NCBI RefSeq assembly: GCF_009914755.1
Contig: NC_060925.1
DNA from: the human T2T-CHM13v2.0 reference genome, Homo sapiens
Reading direction: 5' to 3' (one strand)
DNA length: 64,000 nucleotides
Shown: positions 41,952 through 51,975 of the stretch, piece by piece
Layout of the letters: each line of letters opens with the position of its first letter
How positions within the stretch are numbered: position 1 is the first letter of the stretch
Program-made: the position numbers and the translations under genes
The notes under the pieces: generated by a model
Databases searched by the model: none
Told to the model about the DNA's origin: nothing
The model's input: the letters and a program-made list of their open reading frames with translations, nothing else

Positions 41952-42465
41952 AGAAATAGAGAAATAACTACAAGAAGACCAAGCTAAATGAATTGCTTCT
42001 AGGAAGTAAGACTTAGGGATGAAGAGGGATAAAGCTGGAAATCACTGTTTTTCATTTTACACAGCTTTTTAGTATTATTTTATTTTTAAGCTATGGGATT
42101 GCACTACCTTAATAAGAATAAAATTTAGAAATAAAAGTAATAAAAGTCAAAACTAAATAAATAGCCCTATGGGTAAAGATATAGAAAATAATGTATTAAG
42201 ATTTTGGATTTCAAATCCAAAGGAGCTTTTTAAGTGTATATGTGTGTGTTGTGTGTGCATATATGCATATGATTAAATTTTCCTCTAAGAAAATTACATT
42301 ACCACAATAATAAGTGAGACTGCTCGTTTCCTCATATTCTCACTAACATTAGAAATTAACTTTTTAAAAATTCTTCATGGTAGGTTTCTGAAGAATGTCA
42401 GGAAATAATTGTTTCTTAAAAATGAATATTTATGACACACTTCAAACATACATACACACACAGGA

Positions 42466-42640
42466 TAGGCCTAGCTACATAATTTTGGGGGGTCAATGCA
42501 AAATGAAAATGCAAGGCCCTTTGTCCCAAATTATGAAGACTTTCAAGGTAGCATCAACAGTGTATTATAAACCTAAGTACAGGACCCTTCTAAGCACAGG
42601 ACTCTGTTCAAGAGGTCACTTGCCCATGAAGTTCTGCAGG
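42466..42640 (+). mobile_element. MER91-type hAT DNA transposon
   Basis: gctacataattttggggggtcaatgcaaaatgaaaatgcaaggccctttg...gcccatgaag. Confidence 0.7.
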
Positions 42641-43716
42641 TGAAAAATCTGAAAATGTTTCACTTTTAATAAGAACCTCAAGTGTCTTTAATTAGGATTC
42701 CCAGGAACTATATTTTGGGAAACACTGCTCTAGGTCCACCCATATGGGCCAGAGAAGCACTCATTGGCAGCTGCTGATAACAAAAAGTTTAATAGGACTG
42801 GAAAAAAGTATAGTTAACAGTAGAGCACATTTCAGTCTTAACTCATCAGTGGCATAAGATGAAGGAGTCAGATTGTATACCAGAAGAAAAGAGCACGTAT
42901 GATTCCACAGACTGAAGGTCCTGGACTGAGGTTTGTTACATCAGCTTTTGTTATTAAAGAGGGAAACTTGCTGTCAAGGGTAAGAAAGGATCCCAATTCT
43001 TATGTTTAGCACAGGACAAAACAGGTAACTAGAACAGAAAGTCAGAACAGGGAATATGCATTAATTAACTCAACTATTATTTCCTGAGGTTTTTGATAGA
43101 CAGTCCTTCTCCAAGGAGTTAACAATACAATGAGTGACTTAAATAAATTGATATTGGTAATTGTTATAATAGAGTCATACCTATGATATACCCTAGAAGC
43201 AGAGCAGGAGTACAGCAAAAGAAATAGGATGGGGAAGACAGAAAAGAAGGGGTCTCTCAGTGAAAGAGTAGGAGTTAGAGAGCAGAAAAGGGTAGAATGA
43301 AAAATTGCAACCAAATAAAAAGCATAAAAATGAAAGCGTGTGTTGAATTAGGAGAGCAAGGAAAAGCTCAGTACTCTGGATGGTCTCTAAGGTGGCATAT
43401 CAGAGACAAAAGGCCAGAGCAGAGGCACCATAAAAATAGGTTACCAAATAAGGGATATTATACAGGCCAGCAGCCCCATGGAACCTGAATGTGGAGAAAG
43501 ATAGTCAAAGAAATCCTGTTTCTAAGCAGAATCAATCCTTCTTGCCTCAAGCTCAGATGGGCTTGGGAACCGATATGGGGCCAAAACTGTAGGTGGGAAA
43601 GCAGAAAGCCCACCTCAGGAAAGCAAAGTATGACTTCCATAGAGAAGTAAATCTGAACAGGGAGGGAAGGCTGAAATTGTTTTCTTTCAACTTTTTTTAA
43701 TTTTCCTCCTCACGTG

Positions 43717-44117
43717 TGTTAAAAAAAAAAAAACTTTAGGCAAAATAAATTTAACTGGGTTTATTTGAGCAAAGAACAATTCATAAATCAAGCAAAACTT
43801 AAAACTGGAAGACATTCAGAGAGCTCCACTTCAGCAATGTAAGCAGTTGGCTTTTGTAGGCTGAGCATGGATGCAAAGCAAAGACATTATTTGATTGTCT
43901 ACAGCTAGGCATTTGCCTTAATTGGGTATGGTTTGATGGGAGGTCCCTAGATATATAAACAATCAGCTAGTTAGTTGTCTGTGACTGGCTGAAACTCAAT
44001 TCAAAGTTAATCAGGTACAAGGAATGCCTGTAAGTTTAGTTTTGTAAAACTTGTGTAAGCCTTCCAGGTAGAGAAACAACCTCAGGCCAATCACCTTCTG
44101 CTTACTTTGCTTTAACA
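43717..44117 (-). mobile_element. ERV1-class solo LTR (MER67-like)
   Basis: TGTTAAA...TTTAACA termini and a 4-bp TSD cgtg/catg. Confidence 0.7.
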
Positions 44118-44883
44118 CATGTTAAAGTGCTAACACATATTAACACTTCAAGTGTTTAACACATGTTAAAGGGTCAGTGTAAACTGACAGTCATGTGAGC
44201 ATGTCATGCAACAGGTCAAGCAGGGTTATACCTTTGAACAAAGCCTGCATCTGAGACAGAGCTCTGGTGCCTGAAACAGCGCAGATGTACCTCACCAGAT
44301 AAAAACACAGAAGCACAGATGTCCATATTCCTCCCTTGAAAACTCTGTCCTGTAGGCAAGTTGGGTTGGAGTAGCAGGTCGTTTAGTTCTAGAGTTGGTT
44401 TTTTTTCCAGTCACATAGATTTTTACATCTGATTACCATATATTGCTTAAAATATTACTTAATCCATTACAGATACCTTAGAACTTATTTGTTTTTAAAG
44501 GCCTCAGGAGAAGTGGCCACAGGTTACTTTTTACCACAGAGTCATTTACACATGAATCATATTTACAGAGAGTTATCCTATATCATCTATTTGAATTTGT
44601 TTCTACACAAAACAAGATTCCCTCCAGGCACGGAGCTTATGTATAAATATCTTGTTCCTTTGCAGCCTCAGACTGTCAGTATTCCCCCCAACCACCACCT
44701 TTTAGTTTCCTTTTTTTCTCTAAGTGCATTGCCTTTGCTTACACATCATTTGCTATCTTAATTATTTGACAAACAGGAGTATTTCCATCATCTTTCACTC
44801 CTACTGAGTTTTCTTCACTGTGGTACTTTCAGTGAGTACCATCATATTGTTTCTGCTTAACTGTTTGAGATTCTTTCTTAATA

Positions 44884-47290
44884 TGGTATTGGAAAGTTTT
44901 CTAATGGCATCTTCCTTGTAAAGAATTACCTCTAGACCTCAGAGTAAAAAGGGGCCCAATATTTAGAGTGTGAATTTCTCACCTTTTCTCTGGATAAGAA
45001 AAATGATGTGACATAGTTAACTGATGCTATCATAAGGCTGAAAATCATAAGACACACACAAATAAATTACTTCTCAAGCCACCCCAACCCAAACATTGTA
45101 GCTACCACTAAATACAAAATGGCAAGAGAGGCTTTTTGCTATTGTAAACACTTTAGGCTTTGATGAGATTTGCCATTTTTCATCTGAAGGCTAACCTTAA
45201 TATTGACCATGTTGTAACTTTATGTGAATAAAAATGTAGGCACATAGTGCTCTGATATGGTTTGGCTCTGTATCCCCACCCAAATCTCATCTTAAATTGT
45301 ACTCCCATAATTCCCATGTGTTGTGGGAGGGACCTGGTGGGAAATAATTGAATCATGGGGGTGGTTTCCCCCATACTGTTTCCATGGTAGTGAATAATTC
45401 TCACAAGATCTGACGGTTTTATCAGGGGTTTCTGCTTTTGCATCTTCCTCATTCTCTTTGTCTGCTGCCATGTGAGAGGTGCCTTTCACCTTCTGCCATG
45501 ATTGTGAGGCCTCCCCAGCCACATGAAACCATAGTCCAATGAATCTCTTTCTTTTGTAAATTGCCCGCTCTTGGGTGTGTCTTTATCAGCAGCATGAAAA
45601 TTGACTAATACATGCCCTGACCCATGAAACAAAGAAGTACATAGAAGGTAGTACCAAGTACTAAGTGTTACTCAGAATTAAGTGGCTGAGAAGTATGGTT
45701 CTGATTGTTCAGAGGAGAGCTTGGTAATCTCACTTAGTCCTTGCATCTACTCTCTTATACAGAAACACTTACAAAGACACAAGAATAGGTAATGATCCTG
45801 TTATGTTCATACACCTGGGTAGAGACTTGCCTGACGGGAAAATAAAGAATCAAGACAATATGAAGTTGGTCTCACAGGTAAAGCTAGGCTATGAGGAGCA
45901 TTAAAATGAGGCATAAAGACAAGGACAGAAGCTGAGGGATGTCACACAATCAGAATGTTTCCATGTCAAATGATCATACAGACACTACAACTCTACCTTA
46001 ATTTTACCCCATATATAAGGAAATGAGACAAGAGCAGTTAAGTGATGGCCCATGTCAGAAAGCTTGCCATTAGTAGCAAGGTCCAGACTGGCATGCCAGT
46101 GTCTGACTATTGTCTACTCCACCACGCTCTTCAGGTTGAACTGAACTCCTCATGAACAGTAAATTAGAGTATTAAAAGTCTCCAGCATGGAATGAAGAGT
46201 CTAGGGTAAAAGTGGTGTGTCAAAATTCAGGGCAAGGACACAGTTCAAAGGAATAATTCATAAGCAAGGATAAGCACAGAAATGAATTAAAAGTGACTCC
46301 AAATTTTCCAAATTAGTGGAAGTCCTGCCTCAGTCATTTAAATAGTGTGTTAATTTATCAAATCTAAGCCACCCTACAAATTATTATAATTATTATCATT
46401 ACAATTATTACTAAGAAAATGGTGAAGCAATTGACAATATCAAAAATGTTACGAATAAGAAACTTACCTTGAGGAATAGGGGAGAGTTGCCAGTAGAAAG
46501 AATAGATGAAAAAATTGGTTTCCAAAATGTTAAGCTAGAAGTGACAGAGAACTACAACTGAAAATATGGAACATAATGACAGCAAGTATATTTTAACTGA
46601 ATGAATAAAAAATAATTTATCAAATTGTTTAGGAAAATGTTCATGATGAATCAGGATATGCAGAGCTGCAGCTTGAGGAAGAAAACAGAATTAAAAATGT
46701 AGATTTGGGAGTCACAGTGAAAAATTACATTTATTTAGTGCTTTTTACGTATCAAGATTGTTCTAAGTGCTTTACATATATAAACACATTTAATCCTAAC
46801 TAAGTTCAAGAGCTTAACTACTATACTATGTTGTGCTTTCCTGTTCCTGCAACAAAGAAATGATAAATGACTAAGATCAGATGACCTCTTAGAGTGAAAA
46901 AATGTGGAGAAAAAAGGCAGAAGCCCATGCATAGTCAAGGCTATATGGAGGGACTAGGGCCAGGATAGAGAAATATTACAAGGTGATAGAGTGGAGGGAT
47001 AGAAACTAGAATGGTTTATCAGTCAGAGTCCAACTAGGCAAGCCTCTCCTGCCATTTTGTACTTAGTGGTGGCTGCAATGTTTGGGTTGGGGTGGCTTGA
47101 GAGGTAATTTATTTGTGTGTGTCTTATGATTTTCAGCCTTATTATAGCATCAGTTAACTATGTCACATCATTTCTCTCACCCAGAGAAAAGGTGAGAAAT
47201 TCACACTCTAAATGTTGAGCCCCTTTTTTCTCTGAGGTCTAGAGGTAATTCTTTACAAGGAAGATGCCATTAGAAAACTTTCCAATACCA
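44884..47290. repeat. 251-bp inverted repeat pair (44884-45134 and 47040-47290), ~95% identical, ungapped, 1.9-kb spacer
   Basis: Manual reverse-complement alignment gives 12 mismatches in 251 bp. Confidence 0.95.
45253..45612 (+). mobile_element. THE1A/B solo LTR
   Basis: tgatatggtttggc...ttgactaataca; TSD tgctc/tgccc. Confidence 0.9.
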
Positions 47291-48590
47291 ACTAACAAAA
47301 TCCACTCTACATGTGTAAAACAGAAAAGCTTAATATAGGAAATTGGTTACACAGGCAATAAAAGAGCTGAGAATACCAACAAGATACAATGAGGTAACCC
47401 AAGGATTAGCAACATCAAGAATCTGGTACCGCCCTAAATAAGAAGGACAAAGAAAGCAGCATCTTAGCTTGGGTTCTTTGCTCTTTTCCATGCCTCCCAC
47501 TGCAAATCGGAGCCTGAAATCAGAGCTTATGTGTAAGTAGTTTATTTAGGAGGTGATTTCAAGAAGCTGGAGTGAGGTACCAGAATGAGAAGAGGAGAAA
47601 AATTCAAGATAAGGATGCATTGTTTAGATAACTGCTTTGGGCAACTGAAGCTCATTCCCACACAGGATCTTTTGAGGATCATGTAGAAGACTCAGATTTT
47701 TTCCACATAAGGATCACGTGGGAGAAGTGTTTGTTCATCAGCTTCCATCTCTCCTTGGTGGAGAGTCACTGTATTTGTTCTCACACTGCTATAAAAAAAA
47801 CTATGTGAAACTGGATAATTTATGAAGAAAAAAGGTTTAATTGACTCACAGTTCCACAGGCTGTACAGGCGGCATGGTTGGGGAGGCTTCAGGAAACTTA
47901 CAATCATGGCAGAAGGGCAAAGGGGAAGCAAGCACATCTTCACATGGTGGCAGGGGAGAGAGAGCAAACCGGGTGGTGCTACACACTTTTTAACAACCAG
48001 ATCTCATGAGAATCCTCTCATAAGAACAGCATGGGGGAAGTCCGCCCCTAGATTAAATCACTTCCCATGTGGCCGCTCCTTCAACATGCAGGGATTACAA
48101 ATGGACATGAGATTTGGGTAGGGACACAGAGCCAAACCATATCAGTCACCTTCAGGGTATTGATATCCTACAGTTTCTGTTTGTACATGGTTGCTTGCCA
48201 TACAGACTTTCAGAAACTTCTACAGTGTAGTAGAAATCCCATGAGAGAAAGTGAAAGATGGCTAGCATTGACGTGAGACCCTTTAAGCTTGAGATGAGTT
48301 GAAACTGTCCAGTTGTTTACTGCAGTTGTGCTGAAATGAAGCTGAAAGGGTGTGAATTAGGGCACTAATGGGGCCTGATAGAAGAAATGTTCTCAGAACC
48401 CAGTATCAGGATCACCTGGTAAATGTTGGGATTAGAGTGGGAGCCATGGAAGAGATGTTGCTGCTGCTGGAGATGCTACCCAAGGCAGAATGAGTGATAA
48501 ACACTCTCATTTTTCCATTAACTTCTGTCCTCCCGTCTCCCACTGTCCAAAGCCAGCCAGAAGCCAGGTGACACAGGACTCTATCAAACA
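47015..48590 (-). mobile_element. Nested old ERVL-type LTRs (LTR33-like outer, LTR16-like inner)
   Basis: tatcagtcagagtccaa...aatccactcta...ttaatataggaaattggttacacagg, and tcttagcttgggttc...agtagtttatttaggaggtgat. Family names are from recall. Confidence 0.5.
47770..48144 (-). mobile_element. THE1D/MSTA-type solo LTR
   Basis: tgtatt...gccaaaccatatca with a perfect TSD GTCAC (47765-47769 / 48145-48149). Confidence 0.9.
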
Positions 48591-48594
48591 ACCA

Positions 48595-50193
48595 GCAAAT
48601 ATATTTTCCACTCCTGTGGCTGGCCTTTTCACTCTCCCAATGGTGTCCTTTGATGAACATTCTTTATTTCAATGTCACCCAATTTATCAATCTTTTCCTT
48701 CATGGTTAATGCTTTGGGTGTCCTGTCTAAGAAATCTTTCACTTTCCGCAAGGTCATGAAGACATTCCCTGATGTGATCTTCTAGAAGCTTTATTATTTT
48801 GTCTTATATGTTTACATCTACAATCCACCTGGACTTTATTTTTAAGTATGATGTGAGGCCAGGATTAGGTTTCATTTTTTTCCATTTAGATATTTAGTTG
48901 ATTCAGGATAATTTATTAGGGAAAATATTTTCCCACTGCTTTTCAATGTCACATTGTCATAAGTCATGTGCCTATACATTGGGGGTCTCTTTCTGGTCTC
49001 TACTCTGTTTTATTCATCTTAAGTCTAAGTGTCCATACATTGGGAGTCTCTTTCTCATTTCTACTCTGTTTTACTGATCTTCTATCCATGAGTCAAAACC
49101 ATAATATATTACTTTCCATTTAAAACAAGTCTTGAAATTTGATAGAGTAATCCTCCAACTTAATTCTTCTTCAAAATTTTCTTAGCTATTCTTGTTCTTT
49201 TGCATTCCCATGTAAATTTTAGAATTGACTTTTTAATTTCCACAAAATAAACTGTTTGGATTTTTATTGATATTCCATTAAACCTGTAAATTAACTTGGG
49301 AAGAGATTTTTCTTAAATGTTACATGTAGTATATATAAAAACTTCTAAAAGTATATGAGAAAACTTTAAAGAATCTGAAAGAAGAAACACAGTAGACTTA
49401 AATAGGCATTTTAGAGAAGAGGATATCCAAATGGCAAATAAACATGTGAAAAGGGTCCAACCTTCGTAGTGATCAGGGAAATCAAATTTAAAGCCACAAT
49501 GAAATATCACCACACACTTGCCCAAAGAGTTAAAACTGTAAAAGCTGACAATGCTGTGTTGGAGTGATGAGGAGCACCTTGAACTCTCATGCAATGATAA
49601 CTGAAAGAGTAAAATGGTATATACCCACTTGGGAAAATTATGTGGTAAATTTTACTAACCCTAAATATGTATATACCCTATGAGTTAGCAATTTCATTTC
49701 TAATTATAACTTAAAGTACATACATATTTTCACCAAGAGATGTATGCAACAATGTTCATTAAAAATAATTATAATAACAAAATAGTGGAAACTTTCCACA
49801 TGTTCATTAATAGTACAATGGATAAATTGTGCTATATTCATACATAGAATGTTGCAATAAGAATAAATAAATTACTGCTAAATTGAGCAATATGAATAAA
49901 TCTCACAAACATAATTTTGAGGAAAAGAAGCCAAACACAAAACAATGCAAACTACTTTATTCTGTTTTATACAAAGTTCAAATACAGACATGGTCAAGCT
50001 ATGATGTTAGAAGCCAGGATAATTATAATTTTTAGAGAGAAGAGAGAAAGTAGTCATTGGGAGGAGGCATGAGGAATACTTCAGGAGTCCTGAGAATGTT
50101 CTATTTCTTGACCTGGTGGTAGGTTTATGGGTGTTTCACTTTATGATAATGCATTCAGCTATGCATTTCTAATTTGCATACACTGCTGTATGT
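48595..50193. mobile_element. Old L1M(E)-type element: antisense segment (48595-49310) followed by a sense segment (49320-50193, resuming after 51516)
   Basis: Antisense ORF2-like sequence (SKDTI..VKR...EKIFA region), then sense IYK...DLNRHF..EDIQMANKH and an L1M 3'UTR. Confidence 0.7.
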
Positions 50194-51516
50194 TGTGAAA
50201 GTTGCAAGAAGCAAAAAGGAGTCACTTGTGTTAAAAACCCTGCCCAAATAGAGCTATGGAAGGTCATAAAGAGAGAGTTCTTATGCACAAATGCCTGATG
50301 ACAAGAACTATCACAAAAGACTGCAAAAACCACAACCTTGCACAAAGGCTATCATCACACACACACACACACACACACACAATACTTCTGTGAGAACATC
50401 ACTCAGCAACTGCCTGTCCACCCTCAGATTAGTGCCACCCTTGTTACTGAACCTTGTAGACAAGGAGAATTATCTCAAAACAATATGTAACCCTTCTCAT
50501 TCTTCCTTTAAAAAATACATTTTTTTCCTATATCATTTGTCTTTTGACTTGCTTTTATAATAAATAATGTTTAGCATAGTTGAATTTATCAATATTTTCA
50601 TGACTGGTGTACTTTGTGGCATGTTATATAGGTCTTCTCCTAACCAGAATTATTCTTTTTGTTGTTGTTGTTGTTCCTTCTTGCAGTATCTTTTTTTATT
50701 ATTATTATTATACTTTAAGTTTTAGGGTACATGTGCACATTGTGCAGGTTAGTTACATATGTATACATGTGCCATGCTGGTGCGCTGCACCCACTAACTC
50801 GTCATCTAGCATTAGGTATATCTCCCGATGCTATCCCTTCCCCCTCCCCCCACCCCACAACAGTCCCCAGAGTGTAATATTCCCCTTCCTGTGTCCATGT
50901 GATCTCATTGTTCAATTCCCACCTATGAGTGAGAATATGTGGTGTTTGGTTTTTTGTTCTTGTGATAGTTTACTGAGAATGATGATTTCCAATTTCATCC
51001 AAGTCCCTACAAAGGACATGAACTCATCATTTTTTATGGCTGCATAGTATTCCATGGTGTATATGTGCCACATTTTCTTAATCCAGTCTATCATTGTTGG
51101 ACATTTGGGTTGGTTCCAAGTCTTTGCTATTGTGAATAATGCCGCAATAAACATACGTGTGCATGTGTCTTTATAGCAGAATGATTTATAGTCCTTTGGG
51201 TATATACCCAGTAATGGGATGGCTGGGTCAAATGGTATTTCCAGTTCTAGATCCCTGAGGAATCTCCACACTGACTTCCACAATGGTTGAACTAGTTTTC
51301 TTAAAGACTTCCTTAGTTTTCCTAATCATTTATAGCAAGTTTTTTACATTTACATTTTTAATCCTTTTAGAAACCATTTTGGTCTAGAAATTGTCTTCCT
51401 TTACCTCCCTGAATATGAGCATAGTTTACTATGGTGTGTGTATTCCTCTTGCAATGCCTATTTCCAAATAAACATGATTTTTTTAAGAAAGTGTTTTTCT
51501 GTTTGTTAGATTGACA
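50194..51516 (+). mobile_element. Solo ERV LTR (LTR47/MER72-like), interrupted at ~50515-51390
   Basis: tgtgaaagttg...ttgaca termini with a perfect 4-bp TSD ATGT. The halves join at cctttaaaaa|ttgtcttcctttacctccctgaat. Confidence 0.75.
50658..51297 (-). mobile_element. 5'-truncated L1PA2-type element
   Basis: ORF2 C-terminus (50912-51283). The 3'UTR cactaactcgtcatctagc carries GAG, not the Ta-diagnostic ACA. Short TSD TTCTT at a TCTT/AA site. Confidence 0.88.
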
Positions 51517-51845
51517 ATGTATATAATACCTCCATTTTAAAATCTTATTTAGAATAAGATAATGTATGTAAAGCGCTAGTTACAGTGATTGACACGTTAA
51601 GTACTTAGTATTTAGTAAACATTAGCCATAGTGAATTAAATTCTGGAAGCTCCACAATGTGAGGCTGTAGTAGTTTAGATCTTTGATGCCTTTATCAATA
51701 CCCTGTAGCTAAGGCTAAAGTTGCAAAAATGTGTAGGGACAGGGATGCAGGGTAAAGACTCTTACAGTGACCTTGCCATTTAGAATAGTGGGAGATTTAC
51801 CTATTCGCATAATCTCCTTTCCTGAAGCTGAAGCAACCCTTCAGC

Positions 51846-51975
51846 TATATATAACATATATAATATATATATATAACCCTTCGATTATATATAACAGTGT
51901 TTATATAATTGAATGTTATATTATAATGTCAATATAATTGAATGTTATAACATTCAATTATAAATGTTATAAATG
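51846..51975. repeat. AT-rich low-complexity block containing a 30-bp perfect palindrome (51933-51962)
   Basis: tataattgaatgttataacattcaattata equals its own reverse complement. Confidence 0.9.

Noticed and set aside
50291-51047. ORFs with poly-HT, poly-V and poly-Y runs
   Set aside because: They arise from (CA)n, (GTT)n and (ATT)n repeats inside an LTR and an L1 tail.
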